From the NCBI RefSeq assembly GCF_037042905.1, contig NC_087246.1, forward strand, positions 1,986,001 to 2,050,000: DNA of 64,000 nt, in the 5' to 3' direction. The position numbers and the translations under genes are program-made. The stretch is from Lytechinus pictus (lineage: Eukaryota). Below, piece by piece: positions 26,531 to 39,700 of this stretch; position 1 is the first letter of the stretch; each line of letters starts with the position of its first letter. The notes under the pieces were generated by a model. It searched no databases, had not been told where the DNA came from, and saw nothing but the letters and a program-made list of their open reading frames with translations.

Positions 26531-29500
26531 ACCCAACACATGCACGGCTGCCATTTTTTTCCTCTCCGGCAGAAAAATTAAAAAAATAAGGAATAAATCA
26601 TCGAGAACTTATATTTTCGATATTTTCTTGGAATATTCCCAGCATCAAATGAAAGACTAGAGTCTAACGAAAATAGTGGGCCACCGTTCAAGATAATATA
26701 ATGTCATTTAGAAAAAAAAAGGTTTATTCAAGATAGGGAAAGAAATAAACATTTGATTTTTTTAAGAGAAGGTTGTGGTTTGAAAGGAATGTGAAAGTTA
26801 GGTTTTTATTTGAAATCGTAATTTGTTTTGAAAAATATATGATTGATTAAAGGTAATAGTGAGAAAGTAAAAAGTGATAAAGAGTTAAAGAAATACAGAT
26901 AAGAAAATTAAAATGCTATTGAAGTTGGACGAATATGATAGTTAGTTAAAGTAGGGTTTAAAAATATTGCCCCTCATTTAAACTATAAAAAGGGAAGTTT
27001 AAAAAGTATTTGGTTTTGGAGGATTTACATTAACCCTTTTATTTACTTGTTGATGGTATTTCATTGCATTAGCTGATATTCATTTTATTGCCCCCGCCAT
27101 ATATTTTATTTATTTATTTTTTTACTGTTTTTTATTTCAATTGGTCCCAAAAAGTAAAGGAGGAAGAAAACATTTTAAAAAGACGCAAGTTTATTTTTTT
27201 TTATTTATTATTATTTTTTTTGTCCCCTTTATCACTAAAAAAAAAAAGGATTAAAGAAAGAAAATAATAAGGAAGTATAAAGGAAAGGAAGGACGAAAGA
27301 AAAGAAAGAAGAATAAGTGAAAGGTAAAGAAAGGATAAATAAAAGGGTAAAAAGAAAGAACAAAGTGAAAGGAGTCAAAGGAAAAAAAATGTTAAATAAA
27401 AAAGAAAAAGAAAAAAGGATGAAAGCAATGGGCAGAAAACTAAGAACAAAAGAATCAAAGGAGGACATTATTATGATCGCTAACTTCAGTCCATATCGCA
27501 AATACGGCGAAGGCGAAGTCCAACTGAGAATTCAAACGAAGGCGTCGAGATCGAAGCCGAAATACACTCGTTTCCGATGCTCGATGTGGCTGAAATTCAG
27601 GTTATAGATTGATTAGACATTTGGGAATAAATCTGGACAAAATTTGTGCGAAAATTATTATATTGTGCCAAAATTAATTGGCGAAAATCGCCCGGTGCGA
27701 AAGTGCATTTCAGTTGTGACAGAATGCCAAAATCTCATTTCACGTTCACTTTAAATTCTACACAATATGAATCAAATCAAAGATCTCGCCACGTTTTTTT
27801 AGCGAGTGTCACACTGACACACAGTGTATGGAGCGGTAGATCTAACTTATATGTACCGCTCTCGTCAACTGTACATTTCTGTGCAAATTCAATGAAGTTG
27901 ACTGCCATATTTTCAATAAAATAAAATGCAATCTTACCATAAGTACTTTTTACGTCTTCTTACTTCTTGCTTAGCAACCTCTCCGTAAGTGTACACGTTA
28001 CTTGTTCACATCAGTAAACACGTACATAAGTACATCAAACTCCTCTTTTTCACGATCGAAAGAGCCCCACGCCAATACCGAAATCATATCACGTACCCGG
28101 CCGTGCTGGCTGACCAATCAGAACGCGGCGTTCGGAGCGAGACGACCCACGTGACGCGTCTGTCGTCTGTAATGGTTGAATGTCGGGCTACAACACGCAG
28201 GTCTACGGCGATTTTCGGTGGAAGAATCGGACGACGACTTCGTTGTGCGATGTCGTCATGGGCTGCGAGTGTGGCGAGTCCGTGAAGAGTGGAAGGCCCG
28301 ACACGCGGTGCAATTTTGAAGCCCGGGCGTGGCGGATCCTGGGAGGAGATACGGTTCAACCGATTATTCATGTATAAGATTCTTCAAGAGGGAATAACAT
28401 TCTTTCGACTCGTACCTCAAACATTATTTTGTATCTCGGGCTATTACACTGGCGTTCCAGGCCCATGTTTAACGGTTAAAAAATAAGCAAATTTTTAGAT
28501 GAATTTCCTCCAAATTATTCATATTTTCAATAGATTATCCTTAATGATTACATTTTCTTAAAATTATAACTCTTAAGCTTTCAAATGGTATACGATTTTA
28601 CGTGATTACTATTAGATTTTATGGTCTGCTAGGACGATAGAAATTGGGTCTCTCAGCTGATTACGTATTCATGCACACGAATTTCTTTTTCTCGGTGTTG
28701 CGGCCTAACTGTTAAGACCTAGAATCTGGGAATTCGAAATACATTTATTATGAAAATCAATAATGCGCGAGCGGGAGCTGAAAAAAAAATTGATGGCGAT
28801 CTGAAGAGGGTTTTGCACCATTTCAAGCATCGTATAGGAAAATTGTGAAGTGGAGATGATGCGAGCGCGAAGCGCGAGCCGATTTTTTTAAAATGATATG
28901 TTTTAGACCAAGCACCCGGGGAAATTGCAAGGACATTTGTCATCATATGAAAATGACTATTTTCCTCTTCCTCTTTCTAAGCGCGAGATGAAATTTGTCG
29001 ATATCGATATTCCATTCTGAAAAAGGGACAATTTCATTATTAGGAATTCATTAAACTGCTACCTTATTTATCAGTCTAATATTAATGAGAGCTCGAAATC
29101 TGATGATATTAAGGCATAAAAACCGGACGAGCAGTTTTAAAATATTGTTTTATGGCCTACTTGTGCGCATAATTATGGTAATCTGCAGAGCTAATCGACC
29201 GTTGAAGTGCAGGAGACCCAGGTGCGGGAGAATGTAGGCTTGATGCGCGCGCAGTTGCGGTAGCGTGGTTTGCTCATGGGTTTGCTTACTTATTGTGAAC
29301 CAACAGACATGACAGATTTCGGTGCCACTGCGAGTAAGCCTGTGGGGGTCGGGCCGGCCGCAACGAGACCGTAAATTAAACATGGGTATAATACCTCCTT
29401 CGTACTTTTCTTTCTGTTTTTCAGCGTTTCTCTCAAGTTAAAAGGACCTTTTTATTGGTTGGTTGCCAAAAATAGGGGGGCGGGGCCGGACCCCCCTCCC

Positions 29501-29650
29501 CTTGGATTCGCGCCTGCCTTTATCTTCTTATAGTGCAAATGATTTTTTCTTAAAACAAACAATCCCTCAATAAAATTAGGAAGTAGTGTGTATAAATTCA
29601 TTTAATAATCATTACATGTAATGTTTTAGCAGATATGGAGGGGAAGTAAA

Positions 29651-32600
29651 TAGTAGGGGAGAGAGATAGGGTTCCCATGCACCCGAATGATATATTTTTT
29701 TAACCTACATTTTTGTAATCCGTAAGATGTGTAGTGAATGAATTTTGATGTTCCCAAAACGAAATATTGTCCCATGGGGTTCAAATTCAAGATGGCGTCC
29801 AAAATGGCCGCCATATTCATGGGATTTGGTTTTTCGTACATAGATTCCGACACAAACATTTATTTGCCACAAAATTAGTGTCATATGAAAGATAAATAAA
29901 TTTTCTACAAGTTGATACTATTCATGGGTGATGAAAAGCTAATTCGGCTGAGATTTTGATAAGAAAAGATCAATTTTGATAATTTTTTCCAAAAAATGGA
30001 AAATTTGCGAAATACATGATTTACCATAAATCTAAAGAAAATAAAGGAATCGCCTCAAAAATTTCTAGAAAACTTTCCTAATATACAACTATTAAGCGGA
30101 CGAAATTCCAAATCGATATCGTTTTTAGTCACAAACTTACAATGTCTCAAACTTGAAAATTCAATTTCCAGAAATTCAGCTTTTTTACTGCATATCGGAG
30201 ACTTGGATACACTAATGTATATTGTCACATTTTCAACCCAGAAAATGGAGATAGGCCTTAATAAAATGCAAACTTATATATTATTTTGTTGGTAGAATTT
30301 ACTACAATCCCTTTATTCTTCGATTTAAAGTCGGTTGATATAGTTTTTGAAAGAATTAAGACTTTTGGCCAAAATTTGTATGTTTTTGGTAAAAAAAATG
30401 CACATGCACTGTTATTGATCAGATTTATCATGAATGTTAGTAATAGATTCACAATCTCAACATTTGATATGAAAGAGGATGTATCAACGAGAATATTGGC
30501 AGGCTTCATGCCACCATAAGTATCTTCATTTGCTTCAGATAAAAGGAAAATTTGCTGAATGTATTAAGCGATTTTGCGCTAAAGTGAGGCCAAAAAGCAA
30601 CCTCAGTGTGGCAGTCACACCCATGAAAACGATTGCAAAGTGATGAATGGTATGTCATTCAAATAATACAATAGCTTGGATCAGCCTCTCGCATCGATTG
30701 TGTTGGTATGACTAACACACCGTAATGTACAGTATGTAATGTGAATGGTAATAGAAATGTGATTCAGAAGGATGTAAAGGCAAAAAAGGTGTTTCTGTTA
30801 CATTATATATAAATTTATTCAATGAAGTCTCTTGGAAACAGTTATAAGATACACTTGCACTGCAGGTAATAGAGATGAAGTTCTTACACATCAATACACA
30901 ACTCAAAGGAATATGTCGAAGCTACCCCCACTTTATCTGTATTTTGAATCTATGGCCTGTATTCCTAAATCAGGTTTATCAGGTTTTCGAACACAAAATT
31001 AGTGTCATATGAAAGATGAATAAATTTTCTACAAGTTGATATTATTCATAGGTAATGAAAAGGTAATTCGGCTGAGATCTTAATAAGAAAAGTGCATTTT
31101 AAAATTGTTTCCCCCAAAAATAAAAATTTGCAAAATACTTGATTTACCATATATCTAAGGAAAATAAAGGAATTGTCTTGAAACTTTCTAAAAAACTTTC
31201 CTGTATAATAATATACAATTATTAAGAAATTGAGTTTTTTTTTTTTACTGCATTTTACAGACTTAAATGTACTATATTGTCATTATCTTGACCACCCTTT
31301 TCAACATATTGATTAGTTTTTCTAACCTACACCTTTTTCAATCCTGGAGTCGTATACTGAATTAATTTATTTGATCTTCTGAAAACTTGAATATTGTCCC
31401 TTGGCCGCCACCTTGACGGCCATCTTGGATTCTGACAAAAAACTCTTAACAAAACTTTTCAATTCGACGTCATAGGAAAACAAATTACAAATGAGGGTAT
31501 TCTGATTATGAGAAATTAATTGAGTGGGTTATTTTTATTCTTTACGATTTGAATTAAACAATTCTGATACATTAAAGTGCCAAAAATGACAAAAACCTCT
31601 GTTGACCAATGTAAAGAAGGGGAAGGTCTTTTTGGAACATTGAGATGTGTAAGGTTGTGTTATTAATCTATTTAATATTTTCAAAAGTAGAAAATGTGGT
31701 GACGAATCAGTACCACGGAAAATGCCTCCTGTAAATTGCATTTTACAACTTGCAACAATTAACTTATATCATGTCAAAATGTAAGCTTTATGGTTCTTAG
31801 GGACGACTTTGACAGACAGGCAGTCAATCTTAGAAGTCATTGGCAGGCTCATGCTAGATTTGGGCGATCTTTTTTAACTAAAACTTTGTGCCAATGTGAT
31901 CTTGGAAGATATATTCCTGATCCAGAAGTTGTAAACTTTGGACTGGAAAAGCAATTTTGCTTGCTGCAAAATTCAAGAGATTTTTATTCTCTTTGATAAA
32001 AAAACCACGGAACTTTCTTGGTTGCCATCCGAGCAACCATGATGGCAGTTTTGGTTGCCAACGTCACCCCGGCAACCGCTAATTTCGAGCCCTGCTTTGG
32101 AGTGGGGGTGGTGGATGGAATTTCCCTCATGTGTGATCTGTTCCTTCTCAAGATTCCTCCGCTCGGCTTTGATACTTCGTAAGACCTGGGTTCCTCACAG
32201 ACTTTGGATGCTTTAGCTGGTATCCAAGTGTGTTATCTTTGATGTATAACTCTCACTGGCTGTCCTACATGCAGAGGTGGTAGATTATAACTTGCATGTC
32301 GATAATGCACTTCCTTCACCTTGTCTTGCCTATTCAAGAGAAAATCAGTAGTAGTAGAATCTCTCGAGAAATAGTGACTTGATAATGTGGTTCTGATGGG
32401 TCTACCAAATAACATTTCTGCTGGTGATCTCAAGTTACTTTCGACTGGAGTTGCTCTCAGGGTCATTATTGCTAGTTGACTGTCTTGGCCAGTCTGAGAA
32501 CATTTTGTCAAATGATTCTTGACTGTACGAACCATCCTCTGAGCTAATCCGTTTGATCTTGGATAGTGTGGAGAAGAAGTAATGTGCTTGATATTCCACT

Positions 32601-35600
32601 TCTTTTCTTCTGCTGCCTTGCTTGATGTTTCTGGCATGTTTCACTCTGCTTTATCAACTGGTCGATGTCCTCGTTGATGTTTGACAAGAACTCTGTCTCA
32701 CGAGCAAGTCGTCTGGTACTTTCGATTCCCATGTGTCCTTGGTGAAGCTGTCCAAGGATATCATTCCTCAGTGACTTCGGTACGATGACTTGACTTCCCG
32801 TGAAGAGTACTCCATGTGATAATCCGATGTTATCTCTATACGACCAATACTGCCTAAGGGATTTCAATAACTCTTGGATTGTTTCAGGCCAACTCAGGCC
32901 AAATCTGCCATAATGATCTGGGAATTGGATCACTAGCCGTTTCTCTCTGAAGTTCTGTCCTCTTGTGTTTTCCGAAGAGTAATAAGTCGATCGCATATGC
33001 GAATCTTTTTCCTCAGAGCAGATGGATTTAACTCTGACACCTAACGGTACATCGCATGCTTCCTTGGGATTAGGAAGTCGACTCAACGAATCGGAAAGAA
33101 TCATGTCGTTTCCAGGTCGGTAATTGATTTGACACCTGTTTCCTTGGACTTTGATTATAAGCGATCGCTGTAGATGCGGCGTTGCACTTGTAAGAGTTAT
33201 TTTTTCATATAATTTCCAGTGGTCTGTGATTGATTATGACTGTGAATTCTTTCGCGAACAGATATTACAGCAGCGTTTGATACCAAACATTAGGACTAAG
33301 ATTTCCCTCTATGTTTGAGTAGTTGGAATGTGCAGTGGAAAGACTTTGGATGCAAACGCAACAGGTTACCTTCCTGAAGCAGGCATGCTCCTAGATCTTT
33401 CATTGATGTATCTATCTCGACAGTTCTCTCTCTCTCTGGGTCATAGAACTGTAGACATGCACCTGATGATACTGCACATTTCAGGCTGTTCAAGGAATGT
33501 TCATGATCATCGTCCCAGATAAACGGTACTTCCTTGTGGAGAAGTTATCGAAGTGGTGCTGACTTTTCCCACAAATTAGGAACATATGCTGCTAGGTATT
33601 TGAACAATACTAGGCATTTCTGAACATCCTCTTTGTCCTTGGGTAATGTGTTGGCTTCTACCTTGCTAGGATCTGGGTAGATATCTGATCTAGTGCACTT
33701 GGAGCCAAGGAAGTTGATAGCTTCTTTCTTGATTGTGCACTTGGAGCTGTTGAACACTTCCTGCTTTGCCGTCTCCATGAACAAGTACATATTCTTGTTG
33801 TGTTCCTCCACGTTGATCTTGATCTTGTCCTTCAATTAGTGTGCTGCACTTGCGTGGTGCGTCTATGGTAGGTTTAGCGATTTCCTTGACATGAAGCATC
33901 GCTTTTCCTTTGAAACTACCAATAGCATCGAAGTGCTCTGGAAATGCTTGTTCGAGATCCTTATCACTTGTGATAGGCGTTTGTTTAGGTTTAGGGTTAG
34001 GTGTAGGTGTGTCATAATTGTACATTGAGTGAATTGTGATAATTCCAAGGTCAGTACAACCTAACAACCCAAGGATAGCTGAAACCTTGACATCTGGTAC
34101 ATAGAATGTATGTGTTGACCATTTCGGACTGTAACATTTTATGTCAAGTGTACCTTTACATTTAATCGGAATCTCACCATAAGCTTCAAGATTTACTGGT
34201 GTTTGTTTCACTAATGATTCCCACTTTGAACTTTATATTTCCTTGCCGTACGTACTATGATAGTCTTAGTACTTTAGTACTTGCACGTGAGTCAACTCTT
34301 AGGTAGAGCTTATGTTGACCGACTCTGTGGGCATATGTAAATGTTAGCAAATGCTACTGTACCTTCTGAATTTACAACTGTGTGTGGCCCATTGGTGTGT
34401 ATTGTGTCAAATTATGCAAAGTTGGATAGACTGTCTTTAGACTGATTATAATCATGATCTGTGATAGTATCGTGTGCTGTGTCCATTTCGCTGATTGGTT
34501 CTTTCGACATTTTGATTTTGATCGTGATTTCTTTTGTTTTGGTAAACGATCATCAGATATCATGTCAGATCTTCGGTCATCTGAACTAAGTTATGGTTTT
34601 CTAATTATGATCACTTTTTGACTGGCGACAGAATTACCCCCAATGACTTTTACTGACGTGGAGAGCCAATTCCATTAATATTGACCCCCAAACGGTTCAT
34701 AGTTGTCTGAGAATGATAATTGAGGTTTTTTCCTTCATTATGAAAGCAAACGAAACAGAGTTGTAAACATAAGAGATATACAATAAACAGAATTTTGGCT
34801 CTTCATAAATTTAGAAAAGAGTTAGAACGTGTTGGAAAATAAACCTGATTTTGGAATACAGGCCATAAATTCAAAATACAGATAAGGTGGAGGTAGCTTT
34901 GACATGTTCCTTTCAGTTGTGTATTGATGTGTCAGAACTTCATCTTTATTACCTGCAGTGCTAGTGTATCTTATAACTGTTTTCAAAAGACTTAATTAAA
35001 TAAATTCTTTATGATGTAACAGAAACACTTTTTTTGCCTTTACATCCTTCTGAATCAGATACATTTTTATTACGATGCACATTACATACTGTACATTAAG
35101 GTGTGTTAGTCATACCAACACAATCGATGCGAGGGGCTGATCCAAGCTATTGTATTATTTGAATGGCATACCATTCATCACTTTGCAATAGTTTTCATGG
35201 GTGTGACTGCCACACCGAGGTTGCTTTTTGGCCTCACTTTAGCGCAAAATCGCTTAATACATTCAGCATATTTTCCTTCTTTCTAAAGCAAATGAAGATA
35301 CTCATGGTGGCATGAAGCCTGCCAATATTCTCGTTGATACATCCTCTTTCATATCGAATGTTGAGATTGTGAATCTATTACTAACATTCATGATAAATCT
35401 GATCAATAACAGTGCATGTGCATTTTTTTTACCAAAAACATACAAATTTTGGCCAAAAGTCTTAATTCTTTCAAAAACTAAATCAACCGACTTTATATTG
35501 TAGAATAAAGGGATTGTAGTAAATTCTAACAACAAAATAATAGATTATTTCGCATTTTATTAAGGCCTATCTCCATTTTCTGGGTTGAAAATGTGACAAT

Positions 35601-36170
35601 ATACATTAGTGTATCCAAGTCTCCGATATGCAGTAAAAGAGCTAAATTTCTGAAAATTGAATTTTCAAGTTTGAGACATTATAAGTTTGTGACTAAAAAC
35701 GATATCGATTTGGAATTTCGTCCACTTAATAGTTGTATATTAGGAAAGTTTTCTAGAAATTTTTGAGGCGATTCCTTTATTTTCTTTAGCTTTATGGTAA
35801 ATCATGTATTTTGCAAATTTTCAATTTTTTGGAAAAAAATCTCAAAATTGCACTTTTCTTATCAAAATCTCAGCCGAATTAGCTTTTCATCACCCAGGAA
35901 TAGTATCAACTTGTAGAAAATTTATTTATCTTTCATATGACACTAATTTTGTGGCAAATGAATGATTGTGTCGGAATCTATGTACGAAAAACCAAATCCC
36001 ATGAATATGGCGGCCATTTTGGACACCATCTTGAATTTGAACCCCATGGGACAATATTTCGTTTTGGGAACATCAAAATTCATTAACTACACATCTTACG
36101 GATTACAAAAATGTAGGTTAAAAAAATATATCATTTGGGTGCATGGGAACCCTATCTCCCTACCAGACTA
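29651..36170. mobile_element. Non-autonomous Academ-like element (A2), ~1.33-kb TIRs, carrying a decayed Gypsy pol
   Basis: taaa|TAGT ... ACTA|taaa (4-bp TSD). Arms 29651-30979 and 34840-36170; mirrored near-identical ORF-track peptides (30286..30519+ vs 35302..35535-; 29626..29859- vs 35962..36228+). Confidence 0.88.
32100..34570 (-). pseudogene. Decayed Ty3/Gypsy pol (protease-RT-RNase H-integrase order), frameshifted and internally deleted
   Basis: Fragments RVDSRAS (protease), FNSSKC..FLG..PDPSKV (RT end), DTSMKDLGACLLQEG (RNase H), LHQGHMGIE..CQKHQ (IN zinc finger), HITSSPHYPRSNGLAQRMV and SPAEMLFGR (IN core end). No LTRs recognised. Confidence 0.9.
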
Positions 36171-36727
36171 TAAAGGGGATCCCAAAATTATGATCAAACC
36201 TATATCTGTAAACACTCGATGTCGGTGAAATATATGTTGCTGTAGTTTATTCATTTCGAGCAAGGAGGGTATGGTTTGCAATCAGATAAAGACAAAAACA
36301 AGATTGTTTGCTCTTAGTAGACTTTACTCATATTCAGAATGTATCTTGAAAATAGAAAGCAGTGATTACAAAGATAAACTTTGATCTTATGCTCAGGAGA
36401 CATTGATAATTAATCATGGCCAAACCACTCATATTGTTTCTGTTTGTATATATATATATATATACCGTTACAAGTAAGATTAGATAACATCACTATACCC
36501 CCTTTAACTGGCATTCCCACTGGAGATAGGAATATTATTATTATACTTCCTCGTTATCATATCTAATTATTCAATGGTCTGATAGTATGTGCACCTATAT
36601 ATTCACGTCAAGGTTATTTATCGTTCCTGCCTCGTTTATATCATACAAAGGCAATCACACTTGTTTGATAATTACGAGACTTCTAGTAATTCTAGCCTGA
36701 TATTGAGATTGAAAAGGAGCAGTAATT

Positions 36728-36781
36728 ATGAGCGGGGTTTTATCGGATTTGAACGCCAAACAGGCCGATGCTCTTAATGCG
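36728..36781 (+). CDS. SEC14L exon 1 ([18 protein letters not shown])
   Basis: ATG...GCG|gtaagt; resembles the SEC14L2 N-terminus MSGRVGDLSPRQKEALAK. Confidence 0.88.
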
Positions 36782-39700
36782 GTAAGTATTCATCAACATT
36801 TCACCACTTATACGAGTCGGGAGGTTAACTTGGCTATACATAGAATTATGTCTGAGAATGAACTAAATGAAAAATCAACAACAATTAAATGTAAATAGAA
36901 CATAATAATCTTACGAGGAAACCGATATGTTTAACATTTTACCATGGGAAACATGTTGAAAATTAAAGTTCAGAAATTTACCAATCTATCATTGATTTTA
37001 AGAAAAAAAAAGTTAAATTCTCTATTTTTTGGCTCATTATGTCATGTATGTACGCACTTGCAATTAAGGATAAATGACTATGCTTCCGATAGTTTGATGT
37101 TCAGAAATAAAGAACCATGTGAAATAGCTTGAATATATTAACCTTTTCTGTCACATTCCAATTCCTTCTCAGATGAGATCAAATCTTCACGATGTCTTAC
37201 AAGAAGATCATGATGATCACTGCTTGTTACGATTCTTAAGAGGTGAGAATATAGGTGCATAAAATAAAGAAACGAATGTTTGCTTTTAAAGGGGAATGAA
37301 ACCCTAGGAACAAGTTGGGTTTTGTGGAAGGAGAAAAAATAAAAAAAAAAGATCAAAGAAAGTTTGAGAAAAATCGGACAAATAATGAGAAAGTTATGAA
37401 CATTTGAATATTGCGATCACTAATGCTATGGAGATCCTCCAATTGGCAATGCGACAGATATGTGTGATGTCACATGTGAACAACTGTCCCTTTGATGGAC
37501 TATAAAATAACCCCAAAATGTCTCTTTATGCTCTTTCTTATGGTAATACAAACTCTTTATCCATAATATATTCTTTAAAAATCTGTATTACAAGCCCTCA
37601 TATAGAAAGAATTAACGATCTACTATAATAGATGGCCTTAAAACTTTACGCACTGCTTAATGAAACATCCGACTGTTATTAGTCCATATTTGACCTATTT
37701 TTAGAAAAAAATTGATTTTTTTTAATTATTATTTTCAGATGATAATAAAAATATGGTTAGACATCAGTTGTACCTAGCTGGCTACTAATCTTGCTACTAT
37801 CAATCAATCATTTGCTCAGAATACTCTCATTGGTATTTCAGAATATGATGTCAACGAGAGAATATAATGAGGTGTCCATCCCAATGGAAAGAACAAAGTG
37901 TCTCACAGTGGGTGCCACAGTGTGTTCACAGTGTGGAACACAGTGTGATATCACCTTCACACAGTTAAATTTGATAATTTCAACAGTGTGAATCACGTAT
38001 TCACATATAGTCGACCGTGATTGTGAACACGCCGTGAACAGTCAGTCACACTGTCGAGGTGTCCACAGTGTTAAAATATATTCACACAGTTGAATTTGAG
38101 CATTTTAACAGTGTGAATAATATTTTCACATAGTCAACTATGTGAACACACTGTGATCACACTGTGTGACACCGTGTTCTTTCCAGCAAGGATTGTAAGC
38201 ATTTGACAATATTATATCATTCAATGGTAAAATTGGAATAATCTCATATCCAAGTCCTTTGGATACATAGGGACGTTTTGACGTAATGTGATATGCGCTA
38301 TACAAGTACTGTGTTATTATCATTTAGCACGACACTAACATCTAACCCCTGGACATCCACCCTCTAGGACATCCTCCCCCTGGACAAGTTCCCCCTAGGA
38401 CAAGTACCCCAGGACATCTACCCCCGGACATCTACCCTGGACATTTACCCCGGGAGGGGGTGTAGATGTCCGGGGGTAGACGTCCGGGGGGTAGATGTCC
38501 GGGGGTAGATTTCCGGGGGTGGATGTCCTAGGGGGTACTTTTCCTAGGGGACGGATGTCCTAAAGGGTGGATGTCCAGGGGGTAGATGTCCTGATACGAA
38601 TTTGACTAATAACGTATTTCAAATAAACTTCCCGCCTTTACAGTGATTCTGTAATCAGTGTAGATAAGATATCAGCAATATGATTATGCCATTGAAGTCA
38701 TTGTCGTAGTTTCTTTGGAAAAGGCACTACTCTTGAATACCAGTTCCAATATCGTAAACCTAAAATTGGAAGCTTTACAACTGATATAGGATGTGATGGA
38801 AATAATAAATAATGAAGGAACCTGAGAATGCATTAAAGGATTCAAAATGAGGCCACCAATAATTTCAACCTTAACCGTCTCACATTCATTTTTTTTTTTT
38901 GGGGGGGGGGGGGTTATATATAAAAAGCGAAGTTAATGCTCACATCGCTATTTTGTATATATTATGACTATTATTGTTTATATTATAGATTATTTTGTAT
39001 ATTACATATGTAATCACATTTGATATTATGTTTGTATTATTTTGAACACAGTAATAAAATCAAACCAAACCAAACCAAAATATTTGTTTTGACTTCAAAA
39101 CTACTTGTCATGTGGCAGGTATGGTTCCACATGCTTAGAAATAACAGACATCTGTATATTCTAATAGAGTATATATAACAAAAAAACGTTTGTTTATCTT
39201 TTTTTATAGCACGCCGATTCAACGTAAAGAAGGCTGAGGAAAATTTTAGACAGGTAAGAAATAATTTCTTTATTGTCATGATTATTAAAGACCATACCGA
39301 GAGCCAAGACAACGACATATTATTTGGAAGCTGTGAAGAATCAGAATACAACAATGCATTATCACTGCTTTCCAGCTACGTATTTTGCTCGATGAACACA
39401 CCGTGATTCTCGATATAGGCCTTCATTGTGCTTCTCAGTGACCCAAATTACATGACATCATCCTATATGTAGTCGGAGTTGAGATTACGTGCATTTTAAC
39501 GATAAAAATGATTATTTAATTGTTTTCCAAATTACGAATTTGACATTTGTAAGGACAATACGCAAACCCAAGCACTGATGGAACTTATTTTTGGCCAAGC
39601 TCATTTGCTGGCTATTTGGTGTTAGGGTACGTCTAACAATTTCCCTGTTTTCAATTAAACATAATGAAAGAAAAATGATTTAAATTGTTTGAACTTTACA

